A stretch of 64,000 nt of DNA, from positions 218 to 64,217 of the forward strand of contig CAYUQI010000006.1 of NCBI GenBank assembly GCA_964446935.1, written 5' to 3'. Position 1 is the stretch's first letter, and each line of letters begins with the position of its first letter. Positions 8,897-18,281 of the stretch are shown one piece after another. Both the position numbers and the translations under genes were made by a program. The stretch comes from an uncultured Pseudomonadota bacterium (GTDB lineage: Bacteria > Babelota > Babeliae > Babelales > RVW-14). Under the pieces are notes generated by a model that saw only the letters and a list, made by a program, of their open reading frames with translations, had not been told where the DNA came from and did not search any database.

Positions 8897-10354
8897 TTAA
8901 GACGTTAAAATTTCTTGTTCGATAATAGTTAACTTTTGAGCAAGGGCAGGGTCTGTCTCGATCAATTGTTCTACTTTGCTGATGGCATGGATTACGGTCG
9001 AATGATTTCGACCTCCAATGTAGCTACCGATTGCTTGCAGAGAGCAATAACTCATTTTTTTCATCATATAAAAGGCAACTTGCCGTACGATGGCAATATC
9101 CTGATGACGACTTTTTGATTTTATATCATTAGCCGCGATATCGTAATGTTTTGCGACGATTTTAAGTATAGTGTCGAGCATAGCTCCTTCCCGTTTGGGT
9201 TGTGTATTGAGATTGAGAAGCACGCGTTTGGCCATTTCTAAGGTTATTTTTTGATTGGTTAATGCTGCAAAGGCACTTACTCTGACCAGCGCCCCTTCTA
9301 ATTCTCTGATATTGGATATAACACGAGAAGCGATAAAATCGGCAACCTCATCTGGCAACAGTAATGCATGCATTTCTGCTTTTTTCTTTAAAATTGCGAT
9401 TTTTGTCTCAGTGTCTGGTGTTTGAATGTCAGCAACGAGTCCCCATTCCATACGTGATTTGAGTCTGCTTTGCAAACCATGAATCTCTTTTGGGAATGTG
9501 TCGCTGGAAAGAATAATTTGCTTTTGTTGTTCATACAAGATGTTAAAAATATGAAAAAAAATTTCTTGTGTTTGTTCTTTGTTTGAAAGGAATTGAATAT
9601 CATCAAAGAGCATAACATCGATTTTTTGATATTTCATTCGGAACATTGCGGAACGATTAAAACGAATTGAATTGATGAATTCATTAATAAAATTATCTGT
9701 TGTTTCATAACGAATGCACAGTTCTGGGGATCGACTTGTTATCTCATTACCAATAGCATGCAGAAGATGAGTTTTTCCGAGTCCTGTTCCACCATAAATA
9801 AACAAGGGATTGTAGATTTTACCAACATTCTCGCAAATGGCCCATGAAGCTGTATGTGCTAATGAATTGTTGGGACCAACAACAAAATTTTCAAAACGGT
9901 AGTTTCGATTAATACAGGCGCCTGTTTTTTCTTTGGCGCGTTTAGGATCAATTGCTGGTAGTGACTGCCCTATATTAACCGGTGTTGGATAGTCCTGCAT
10001 TGGTGATGCAGAGTCCGGAGTGCTTGCCACGTGTATGTGTAATTCCTGCTCGATTTCGTGGTCTACGGATGCTGGAATAATGTTTCGTGGTGATGATGTT
10101 GTAGATGGGGTATTTGGAATAAAGGAAAGTTTGAAAATTGGTGCATGCAAAAGGCGTGCAAGGTGCGTTTTCAAAAGGTCTGTGTAATGATCTTGTATCC
10201 ATCGGCTAACAAATTGATTAGGAACTTTGAGAGTAATGGTATTGGTTGCGGGGTCCCAGGTATCCAAACTAACCGCCTTAAACCATGTTTCAACCACTTG
10301 GCTTCCTGCCTCTTCTTTAATAATTTTTAGGAAATCCTCCCAAATAAGTTGCAC
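8897..10354 (-). CDS. dnaA: chromosomal replication initiator DnaA
   Basis: AAA+ Walker A GGTGLGKTHLL, sensor motifs, and a C-terminal DNA-binding domain (HSTVIHA). GTG start is preceded by AAAGAGG. Confidence 0.95.
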   Translation of the reverse strand: MQLIWEDFLKIIKEEAGSQVVETWFKAVSLDTWDPATNTITLKVPNQFVSRWIQDHYTDLLKTHLARLLHAPIFKLSFIPNTPSTTSSPRNIIPASVDHEIEQELHIHVASTPDSASPMQDYPTPVNIGQSLPAIDPKRAKEKTGACINRNYRFENFVVGPNNSLAHTASWAICENVGKIYNPLFIYGGTGLGKTHLLHAIGNEITSRSPELCIRYETTDNFINEFINSIRFNRSAMFRMKYQKIDVMLFDDIQFLSNKEQTQEIFFHIFNILYEQQKQIILSSDTFPKEIHGLQSRLKSRMEWGLVADIQTPDTETKIAILKKKAEMHALLLPDEVADFIASRVISNIRELEGALVRVSAFAALTNQKITLEMAKRVLLNLNTQPKREGAMLDTILKIVAKHYDIAANDIKSKSRHQDIAIVRQVAFYMMKKMSYCSLQAIGSYIGGRNHSTVIHAISKVEQLIETDPALAQKLTIIEQEILTS

Positions 10355-10450
10355 AACGACCTCTTTATATGTTTAAGATTGCATTATAGAAGATAAGCAA
10401 AAAACCACAGACACCTAATAATTTTCAAAGTATATCAAAGGAGCTTGGTG

Positions 10451-11176
10451 ATGAGTATGAATTTTTATAAAAGATTGTTTTATCGTTTAAATGTAAATCT
10501 TTTTACTATGGCTCTTTTTGGCATTTTTTTTATGCCAGGATGTTCTAAACAAAATAAACAAACAAATACGGCGCAATCATATTTTAAAATGGCGTATACA
10601 GAGCTTTCAGAACAGGAAGAGGGGGCTGCAAATTATCTTCGTGCGCTCAATTATATAGAGTTGGCTCTTAATGAGGAAGAAAAACCTGAATATTACGCAT
10701 TAAAAGCGACATTGTTATTTAAGGTTGGGCAGTTGGATGAGGCAGCTGTTGCGTATAAGAAGGCTTTATGTGCTCAGCCGAATCCGCATCTGAGGGATGA
10801 AATTACCAATAATTATGCGTGCCTTTTGGCTCACCAGGGGCAGGTTGCGCAGGCTCAGGCCATGTGGCGACAACTGCTTGGTCAGACCTCCTATCAAACA
10901 CCAGAGGTTGCTTTGGTTAATTTAGGCAAATCATATCTTTCTGAACAAAAATTAGCACCGGCGAAAGAGGTTTTGGAAAAGGCGGTACGTGTAAGCCCAA
11001 GCTATCTTGATGCACATTTTTATTTGGCGTGCATTGCTCGTCAGCTTAATGATATTGTTTGTGCCAAACGTGAAATCGATGTCGTTCTCAGTCAGGAGCC
11101 AGGACATGCTGGGGCTCTGCAGGTGGCATCGCAGCTTGGTCTTCCGCATGCAGCCGATGAGCTGCAAATTGCCTAA
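10451..11176 (+). CDS. TPR-repeat lipoprotein (PilF/PilW-like fold)
   Basis: Lipobox-like FFMPGC after a hydrophobic segment, with several TPR-like repeats (ALNYIELAL, EAAVAYKKAL, YLDAHFYLA). AAGGAG lies 8 nt upstream of the ATG at 10451. Confidence 0.55.
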   Translation: MSMNFYKRLFYRLNVNLFTMALFGIFFMPGCSKQNKQTNTAQSYFKMAYTELSEQEEGAANYLRALNYIELALNEEEKPEYYALKATLLFKVGQLDEAAVAYKKALCAQPNPHLRDEITNNYACLLAHQGQVAQAQAMWRQLLGQTSYQTPEVALVNLGKSYLSEQKLAPAKEVLEKAVRVSPSYLDAHFYLACIARQLNDIVCAKREIDVVLSQEPGHAGALQVASQLGLPHAADELQIA

Positions 11177-11255
11177 AAAACGTTTTGTTGATCCGGAATT
11201 ACGTCTTTATTTATACTAATATTAAGTAAGGGGTCTTTAAGGGCGGGGGAATGGG

Positions 11256-11939
11256 ATGAAATCATTACAAGCAATACTTTTTATAATGTATGTTCTTTTT
11301 ATGTTTGGTTATGCATATCCACCAGAAGAACGAGGATTGCTAACTGTTCTTGCTACAAATAAATCTCATTATTTAAAGTCTCAGTCACAAACGAGGAACT
11401 TAAAGCATGAAGATGGTTCAGAAAGCTCGGTATTTGTGATCGATAATATTGAGTCATTTAAACAAACTGTTATAGATGCCTCAGTAAAAAAACCTATGAT
11501 TGTTATGGTGCATCATTCGGTTGTTAAGGTGAGTGCTGATGAAAAAAAATTTTTCTTAGCGACTGCTGATGAAGGTAAATCGGTAGCAGGTTTTGCAACG
11601 ATAGACCTTGTGAATGGGAAAAAGGAACTAAAAGAGATTTTTCAATTTATTGTTGCTCTTATGCGTGAACAAAATATTGTGAGCATAACATTGCCATTTT
11701 TTTTATTATTTAAAAACAGGGCGCTTGTTCTTCCTGTCGGACAGGGTCTTGATTCACTTGCAAAACTTATGAGTATTGCCAGAGAACAACAACCTGAACA
11801 GTGTCAGCAATGTGGGCAGGTGCCTGCTTATGATATAACACCTACCTTTCCAGGAGCAGCGGCCACAAAGACATCAGAACCTAAGAATAAACAATCGTGG
11901 TGGGAATGCGTGCGAAATTTTTTTAAACCAAACAAGTGA
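11256..11939 (+). CDS. hypothetical secreted protein
   Basis: 227-aa ORF with a signal-like N-terminus. No family recognised. Confidence 0.5.
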   Translation: MKSLQAILFIMYVLFMFGYAYPPEERGLLTVLATNKSHYLKSQSQTRNLKHEDGSESSVFVIDNIESFKQTVIDASVKKPMIVMVHHSVVKVSADEKKFFLATADEGKSVAGFATIDLVNGKKELKEIFQFIVALMREQNIVSITLPFFLLFKNRALVLPVGQGLDSLAKLMSIAREQQPEQCQQCGQVPAYDITPTFPGAAATKTSEPKNKQSWWECVRNFFKPNK

Positions 11940-11999
11940 CAGAGTGATTTGCTCTCAGGATAATAAAAAGGGGCTGTTCTCGTTAAATTTATTTAGAAA

Positions 12000-12755
12000 T
12001 TACGTACTCCAAACGCCTTTTATACGCATAAACAAAGAACTAAAAAAATCCTTTATCGATACGAAAAGTCCTTGCTTCTGAGTCGCTTCTTCGTGAAGTT
12101 TTGTTTCTATAAAACGATAAAAATCATTTGGGTATTTGTTCAATGTTTGATCCTGTGTATATCGTGTAATTGCATTGTCAGCGATATATGTAATCGATCC
12201 ATTAGCAATGATGGTACTCATGGCATTACCGGAATTGTTTGTTCGATTGCTAATTGAAAAAAGGGCAGCAATGGTTTTTCCTGATGGTTTTTGAGAACAG
12301 AAGTCGGCGATAAGGTTATACCAGATATGCATGTTTTTGGGAGTAACAGGAAAGTTTATTTCATCTGATGATAACGATGGTTCTTGTAAGGTTGTGCATA
12401 TGGTGTTCCATGTGGTTGCTCGTTCATACAGTGCATAGTCAACATAACATTTAAAAAGTGTGCTTTCATATGTTGATGAAGAATCTTTGGGACAAACCTT
12501 GTGCGATTCCATAAAGTGATTGTATGCATCGTCGATATAAGAATGGAATAATATTCCTGCTTGAAATGACGAAGCTGTTTGTTGTATTTGTTGAAGAGAA
12601 ACATTTTTGTGATGAGTTTTTTCTCGTTCAATAACACCAAGGTAGCGAATGTCGGGGATTGCGGTACCACGAATAAAATCTTTTTCGTTCCAATGATGTG
12701 AATATGAACATAAGAACAGAGATGCACAAAGAATATGGGTGATGGGGCCAGGCAT
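12000..12755 (-). CDS. hypothetical protein (weak resemblance to zinc-dependent phospholipase C-like N-terminus)
   Basis: 251-aa ORF starting MPGPITH with later His/Asp-rich positions. The family assignment is tentative. Confidence 0.4.
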   Translation of the reverse strand: MPGPITHILCASLFLCSYSHHWNEKDFIRGTAIPDIRYLGVIEREKTHHKNVSLQQIQQTASSFQAGILFHSYIDDAYNHFMESHKVCPKDSSSTYESTLFKCYVDYALYERATTWNTICTTLQEPSLSSDEINFPVTPKNMHIWYNLIADFCSQKPSGKTIAALFSISNRTNNSGNAMSTIIANGSITYIADNAITRYTQDQTLNKYPNDFYRFIETKLHEEATQKQGLFVSIKDFFSSLFMRIKGVWST

Positions 12756-12766
12756 GAATACTCCTT

Positions 12767-13342
12767 TTAATGGTTGGTATTCATTGATTCATCAATAGCC
12801 TCACAATGTGCATCGAGAGCTTCTTTGATTGGTTGATATGCAGTTTCAAGATCTTTACCTAGTTTTTTACTGTTATTGTCAAACGCTAATGCTTTGGCCG
12901 TATCTTCGACGTTTTTTTCAGCGGTTTTTATGGTTTTTTCGCAATGATTCTTTTTGTCTGCGCCAAGGATTTTTTCTATTTTGTGGTCAAGGTGTTCAGC
13001 GTGGTGTTTGATAAATATCTCAAGATTTTTGCCAAGTTGTTTTCCCTCTTTTTCGATTGCTTTTCCTAACTTTTTTTGTTCATCCTTTGAGAGGTCCCTT
13101 TCTAATGTTTTTTCTACATCTTTTATCTCTTGCATTGTTTTTTCGATAAGAATATCAGCCTTGGCAAGTGTTTCTGGATTTTGCTTCAGAACATTGAGTG
13201 AATTTTCAATTGATAGAATAGCATTTTGTGTAAGGGAAGGTTTGGCTTCTAGCTGTGGTTGTGCAGCATAGATAAGTGAAAAACCGATAAAAAATGTGGA
13301 AAAAACAATGGTTTGAAGCGAATATTTAACAGTGTTTTTCAT
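12767..13342 (-). CDS. hypothetical secreted Lys/Glu-rich helical protein
   Basis: Start moved to the ATG at 13342, which is preceded by AAGGAG. The signal peptide is MKNTVKYSLQTIVFSTFFIGFSLIYA. This start removes the overlap with the divergent peptidase gene. Confidence 0.55.
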   Translation of the reverse strand: MKNTVKYSLQTIVFSTFFIGFSLIYAAQPQLEAKPSLTQNAILSIENSLNVLKQNPETLAKADILIEKTMQEIKDVEKTLERDLSKDEQKKLGKAIEKEGKQLGKNLEIFIKHHAEHLDHKIEKILGADKKNHCEKTIKTAEKNVEDTAKALAFDNNSKKLGKDLETAYQPIKEALDAHCEAIDESMNTNH

Positions 13343-13420
13343 AACAATCTCCTTATGATAAACTATGGTATAAAATTTGATGAAAGATATCATAGTCAAA
13401 CTATTTCTTCAAGGAATACC

Positions 13421-15553
13421 ATGGCGAAATATTTTAAAAATATAATATTTATAACAAGTGTCATGATTGTCTTGGTTGGTTGCAGTTTTTATGGCTATCA
13501 CCACGATAACAGTAAAACACACAAGGAGTTTGATAGCATGCTTGATAAAAAAATTCAAAGTGAACAAGATGCTTGTAATCTTTTTCCTAAGACCGCTCAA
13601 CAAGTGCATGAATATGCTACGTATGCAATCGGACGGGCTCAACGAGAATTAGATGCAATGATTTCACTTGATGCTACCAAGCGCGCTTTTGATAATACTG
13701 CCAAAGCATATGATATGATCACTGGCAAGTTTAATACAATTGTTGGCGCTTTGAGCGTTTTAGAAAATGTAAGTCCTGAAGAAGATATACGCAATGCGAG
13801 CCATGAAGAAATTATACGTCTGGTCAATTTTGCAATTGATACCTTTACCAGCAAATCGATTTATATGGCATTTAAAGTATATGTTGATAAAAATGCCAAA
13901 AAAGAAAAATTGAATGAGGAGCAGCGCTATTTTCTTGATGAATCAATGAGAGACTTTAAACGCATAGGTCTTGATTTACCTGATGAACGGTATCAAGAGG
14001 TTCAAGCATTGCGGAAAGAAATTGAAAAAATGGCGTTAGCGTTTGAAGAGAATATTAATCATGACAAGAGCGCTCTTAGTGTTAAGAAAGCTGATCTTGC
14101 TGGTTGTGACGAGTATTTTATTAAAAATCTTGAATGTGATGCTAATGATAATTACATATTGCACAGTGATTATCCAACATATAAAGAGGTCTCTGAACAA
14201 TGCACCATTGAGTCAACACGTAAACAGTTCTATCGGGTATTTTCAAATCGTGCGTATCCACAAAATGTTCAGTTGCTTGAGGACATTATTGCTAAAAAGG
14301 ATGAGTTAGCACATAAGCTTGGTTTTGATAGCTATGCGGCACTTGATATTGATGACCAAATGGCAAAGACGCCTGATCGTGCCCAACGGTTTATTAATGA
14401 GTTAACAGCCATTGCGTCACATAAAATGGATTTGGAACTGGCAGAATTAAAAAAAGAATTACCTCAAGGGGTAGCCCTTGATGAGCAAGGGCGCTTCAAG
14501 CCATGGGATTTGGCATTTATTAAAAATTGTTACAAAAAGAAACATTTTAAATTAAATGAAAATGAAGTAGCTCAGTACTTTCCTGTTGATAAAACGGTGC
14601 AAGGTATTTTTGACATCTATCAACATTTTCTTGGACTAGAATTCATCTTAAAAAAACCTTCGTGGGCTTGGCATGAGGATGTGCGTGTTATCGAGGTCAA
14701 AGAACGAGATACCAAGATGTTACGTGGGTACATCTTTATTGATTTGTATCCTCGTCCTAACAAATATAGTCATGCTGCCCATTTTGGGGTTTCGCATGCC
14801 TTTAAGATCTATAATCCAGATGGTTCGGTTGAAAAATCTCCACTAGTGGCGATGGTGGTTGCTAATTTTCCTCGAGCAACTGCAGATCGTCCGGCATTGC
14901 TTAAGCATGGTGATGTTGAAACGTTCTTTCATGAGTTTGGCCATGCTATGCATGATGTTCTTGGCGTAACAGAGTTACAATCGTTTGCCGGTACGGCAGT
15001 AAAACGAGATTTTGTTGAAGTTCCATCGCAAATGTTTGAAGAATGGGTATTTGACAAGCAACTTCTTAAAGGACTCAGTTGTCATTATCAAACCGGCAAA
15101 CCATTGCCTGATTTACTGGTTGATGCACTTGTGAGCCTTAAACGATTTGATTCTGGGTACTTCATTGTTCGTCAGTGTATGTTTTCTTCAATTGCTCTTG
15201 ATATCTACAAATCAGGTGCTTCCAAGGATACGAGTGCTATTGTTCAGCGCTGTGCACAAGCTGCATCTCCTCAAGTGTATTTTGACCCGGAAACACATAT
15301 GCAAGCAGCGTTTGGTCATTTGACTGGCTATGGTGCAAAGTATTATGGCTACATGTGGGCAAAAGTATATGCGCTTGATTTATTCTATACCATTAAGGAA
15401 CGCGGCCTTGATAAGCCAGAAACCGGCAAGGTTTTTGTAGAAAAAATACTGGCAAAAGGTGGTAGCGTTGATCCCAATATTCTGTTGAAAGATTATCTTG
15501 GACGAGAGCCTGGTCAGGATGCTCTGCTGAATGATTTAGGATTAAGGGCGTAA
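13421..15553 (+). CDS. M3-family zinc metallopeptidase (oligopeptidase A/thimet-like), probable lipoprotein
   Basis: HEFGH zinc motif (TFFHEFGHAMH) with a downstream E in FVEVPSQ. The likely start MAKYF... at 13421 gives a lipobox-like VLVGC. Confidence 0.85.
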   Translation: MAKYFKNIIFITSVMIVLVGCSFYGYHHDNSKTHKEFDSMLDKKIQSEQDACNLFPKTAQQVHEYATYAIGRAQRELDAMISLDATKRAFDNTAKAYDMITGKFNTIVGALSVLENVSPEEDIRNASHEEIIRLVNFAIDTFTSKSIYMAFKVYVDKNAKKEKLNEEQRYFLDESMRDFKRIGLDLPDERYQEVQALRKEIEKMALAFEENINHDKSALSVKKADLAGCDEYFIKNLECDANDNYILHSDYPTYKEVSEQCTIESTRKQFYRVFSNRAYPQNVQLLEDIIAKKDELAHKLGFDSYAALDIDDQMAKTPDRAQRFINELTAIASHKMDLELAELKKELPQGVALDEQGRFKPWDLAFIKNCYKKKHFKLNENEVAQYFPVDKTVQGIFDIYQHFLGLEFILKKPSWAWHEDVRVIEVKERDTKMLRGYIFIDLYPRPNKYSHAAHFGVSHAFKIYNPDGSVEKSPLVAMVVANFPRATADRPALLKHGDVETFFHEFGHAMHDVLGVTELQSFAGTAVKRDFVEVPSQMFEEWVFDKQLLKGLSCHYQTGKPLPDLLVDALVSLKRFDSGYFIVRQCMFSSIALDIYKSGASKDTSAIVQRCAQAASPQVYFDPETHMQAAFGHLTGYGAKYYGYMWAKVYALDLFYTIKERGLDKPETGKVFVEKILAKGGSVDPNILLKDYLGREPGQDALLNDLGLRA

Positions 15554-15554
15554 T

Positions 15555-16166
15555 TTATTCGGTGCCAAAGTATCGATCGCCAAAATCACCGAGCCCAGGA
15601 ACGATAAATTTTGTTGCATTAAGTTCTTTATCAATGCCAGCCACGATAATTTTTATTTTTGGAAATGCTTTTTGAACAGCATCAAGACCTTCTTGGGCTG
15701 CTATGACAGCAACAAACAGAATCTGTTCTTGTTGCATACCCATGGTTAGAAGAATGTTAAGTGTTGCTGTGGCGCTTCCTCCTGTGGCAATCATGGGATC
15801 AAGCATAATAATCTGTTCTTTGCCGGTGAGTTTGGGAATATTGCTGTAATATAATTTTGCAATGGCTGTTTTTTCATCACGGCGTAATCCGACAAATCCT
15901 ACCGCGGCGCCAGGAAAGTAAGTCATAAATGGGCCCAGGAGAGCTTCTCCTGATCGTAGAATAGGCACAAGAACGATTTGTTTCTGAAAGCTTAGTCCGC
16001 TTGCGGTTCCAAAAGGAGTTGTTATTGTTGTTTTTTGAGTTGCTATAAAATCTGCTGCCTGTTGGGCCAAACAGTGGGCAAGTTGGTTTGCATATTCTCT
16101 AAACATTGATCGAGACAACTCTTTGTTGCGTAAATTACTCAAAAGGATGGTACTTAGTGTATTCAT
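15555..16166 (-). CDS. upp: uracil phosphoribosyltransferase
   Basis: PRPP-binding loop IMLDPMIATGGS and C-terminal PGLGDFGDRYFGT. Confidence 0.9.
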   Translation of the reverse strand: MNTLSTILLSNLRNKELSRSMFREYANQLAHCLAQQAADFIATQKTTITTPFGTASGLSFQKQIVLVPILRSGEALLGPFMTYFPGAAVGFVGLRRDEKTAIAKLYYSNIPKLTGKEQIIMLDPMIATGGSATATLNILLTMGMQQEQILFVAVIAAQEGLDAVQKAFPKIKIIVAGIDKELNATKFIVPGLGDFGDRYFGTE

Positions 16167-16324
16167 ATAACCTCTTAATAAAAAGCTAGAATTTCTTATT
16201 GAACTGACAGTAGAATAAACAAGCTTGTCATGTCTAGAACTTTGCCAAAGTTTAGAAAAACGTTTTCAAAATGAGATAATACTTGTTTTGAAATGTACTA
16301 AAAATTACCTGGAGGATTGTCGTT

Positions 16325-16963
16325 ATGATTCGATTTAAAAATCGTGTTGATGCGGCGCGTAGGCTTGCTCAAGTGTTGACACGATATACCAATTCACCTA
16401 ATACAGTTGTAGTTGGTTTGGCTCGTGGCGGTGTGGTGACAGCATCTGAGATAGCGAGAATATTAGCATTACCACTTGATGTCCTTGTGGTGCGAAAGAT
16501 AGGGGCCCCCTATGAAGACGAACTTGCACTTGGTGCTGTTTCGGAACATGGCCTGATTGCTTATAACAAGCAGCTTGCTAAACAATTGAATGTTTCTGAA
16601 GATTTTATTAAATCATCGGCAACCAAGGAACAAGATGAGTGTAAAAAACGTGTTCAGTTATATCGATCACATTATCCTGCACATGCATTAAAAGATAAAA
16701 TTGTTCTGCTTGTTGATGATGGTATTGCTACCGGATCGACCATGGAGGCTGCTATTAAAGATTTACGACAACAGGGTGCTAAAAAGGTCATTGCTGCTGT
16801 TCCGGTTATTCCTGCAGATACCGTTGCATTGCTTAAGAAATTGAGTGATGAAATTGTCTATTTAGCAGCTCCAGAGACGTTTTTAGCGGTGGGGGCGTTT
16901 TATGAGGATTTTACTCAGGTGAATCACGACGAGGTTATTGCACTGTTGCAACAACAACACTAA
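16325..16963 (+). CDS. phosphoribosyltransferase-family protein
   Basis: PRTase PRPP loop VLLVDDGIATGSTM and N-terminal GLARGGV. Confidence 0.75.
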   Translation: MIRFKNRVDAARRLAQVLTRYTNSPNTVVVGLARGGVVTASEIARILALPLDVLVVRKIGAPYEDELALGAVSEHGLIAYNKQLAKQLNVSEDFIKSSATKEQDECKKRVQLYRSHYPAHALKDKIVLLVDDGIATGSTMEAAIKDLRQQGAKKVIAAVPVIPADTVALLKKLSDEIVYLAAPETFLAVGAFYEDFTQVNHDEVIALLQQQH

Positions 16964-16980
16964 AAAGTGAAGTCAAAGAA

Positions 16981-17011
16981 AAAGGGGAGGGCTTAAAAAG
17001 CTCTCCCCTTT
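16981..17011. terminator. bidirectional intrinsic terminator
   Basis: ~12-bp stem AAAGGGGAGGGC / GCTCTCCCCTTT (one G-U) with loop TTAAAAA. An A-rich left flank gives a U-tail for the minus-strand transcript. Confidence 0.75.
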
Positions 17012-17020
17012 AAAATCTAT

Positions 17021-17155
17021 TTAGCACTTACAACCTTTTTCATCACAAGGGCATTTTTTAGTGCATTTGCAACAGCCATCCTTTTTGCATTTGCAGTTGG
17101 GACAATTGCAGTGGCATTTGGATTGGCAGCAACATGAGCCGCATTTTTTTTCCAT
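17021..17155 (-). CDS. 44-aa Cys-rich metallothionein-like peptide (not in ORF track)
   Basis: Translation is MEKKCGSCCCQSKCHCNCPNCKCKKDGCCKCTKKCPCDEKGCKC: 16 Cys of 44, CxC/CC motifs, no aromatic residues. AAAGGAGA lies 5 nt upstream of the ATG and the terminator at 16981-17011 is immediately downstream. Confidence 0.65.
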   Translation of the reverse strand: MEKKCGSCCCQSKCHCNCPNCKCKKDGCCKCTKKCPCDEKGCKC

Positions 17156-17180
17156 GTACGTCTCCTTTGTTTAATGATTA

Positions 17181-17345
17181 TTATTTTTTCCATGCTATGT
17201 CATCGCGTGAATCGTAACGCATTATAGTATAAGGCTTTTCTTTTTTATAGCGTGGATACTTTGGTTTTTCCTTCCCACACGAGCTTATACACAATGTTAT
17301 AATGAATAGTAATCCAATCATGTACGCATATTTCAAGAATTTCAT
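17181..17345 (-). CDS. small lipoprotein (54 aa)
   Basis: The internal ATG at 17345 is preceded by AAGGGGGG. The signal plus lipobox is MKFLKYAYMIGLLFIITLCISSC. It lies 25 nt upstream of the Cys-rich ORF on the same strand. Confidence 0.5.
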   Translation of the reverse strand: MKFLKYAYMIGLLFIITLCISSCGKEKPKYPRYKKEKPYTIMRYDSRDDIAWKK

Positions 17346-17452
17346 AACATTCCCCCCTTTGCCCCTTGCCAACGTTATGATACTGCGGCACTTTGCTTTT
17401 GCAAGTACCATTAAAAATCTAGTTATTGAAAGAATATCTTGTTAAAGTTCTG

Positions 17453-18205
17453 TTATAAATTTGTTATCATCGTTTGAATTGCAACGTCATTTATTTTCTT
17501 TTCTTCCGTCGAAATTGGTTCAAAAAAACGTCGAATATCAAGATTCTGAAGTAAATTATCTTCGTTGCCTAGTCGTCCGGTTACATACACGTCTGGAAGG
17601 TTAAGATGTGGTTTATCAATAGCTAGAAATTCTCCCTGTGGTATGTAGATATTCTTTGGATTTGTAAGGATGACGAGGGTCAAAGGATTGACCTTTCTGT
17701 CAGTTGGAATAGGACTTTCCTTTACTTCCCAGTAATCAAGCTTCTTTTTATCTTTTTTAAGTTCGCATACATAAAGAGTAACTGGTTCGTCAGATTTGTA
17801 TTCGCGGTGAGAAAATGTATTCCCCTTTATGTTGACGAGATTGATGTGAGCGGTTACCGCAATGTATATTTTGGGTGAAGCATGTCGCAGAGGAAAAGAT
17901 ATGAGCCCATCGATGTCTGAAATGTCTATATAACCGCCATAAATAGCAAAAAACCCGCTCAATGCTGGTAGCACGTTTGTGCGAAGTGAATTTTTAACTA
18001 TTTTTTTGCTGATCGAAGCTGGTGTTTTTTCATCCATTTTAGCTATTTTAGTTGCCAGGCTTTGGCTTTTTGCTTCTTGTTCAACATCTGATACAACATT
18101 TGATGGGACATGTTTAAGGAACAAAATGATTCGATTATCTGCACCTAAATATAGGAAAAACAGGGAAAAAAATACACATTGTGCAATATAAACCCTAGCT
18201 TTCAT
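17453..18205 (-). CDS. hypothetical secreted protein
   Basis: 250-aa ORF with a hydrophobic N-terminus. No family recognised. Confidence 0.5.
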   Translation of the reverse strand: MKARVYIAQCVFFSLFFLYLGADNRIILFLKHVPSNVVSDVEQEAKSQSLATKIAKMDEKTPASISKKIVKNSLRTNVLPALSGFFAIYGGYIDISDIDGLISFPLRHASPKIYIAVTAHINLVNIKGNTFSHREYKSDEPVTLYVCELKKDKKKLDYWEVKESPIPTDRKVNPLTLVILTNPKNIYIPQGEFLAIDKPHLNLPDVYVTGRLGNEDNLLQNLDIRRFFEPISTEEKKINDVAIQTMITNL

Positions 18206-18281
18206 AACCCATCCCCCTCATTTATAAAAAGAAAACTGCATTTCCTTTCAAAAATCTCTATACTTAGCTTATCAGAGCTTT

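Noticed and set aside
13313-13420. Upstream extension of the M3 peptidase ORF, and the 12767-13399 extension on the other strand
   Set aside because: The two extended ORFs would overlap head to head. Internal ATGs with strong SDs (13421 on plus, 13342 on minus) give proper signal peptides and a clean divergent promoter region.
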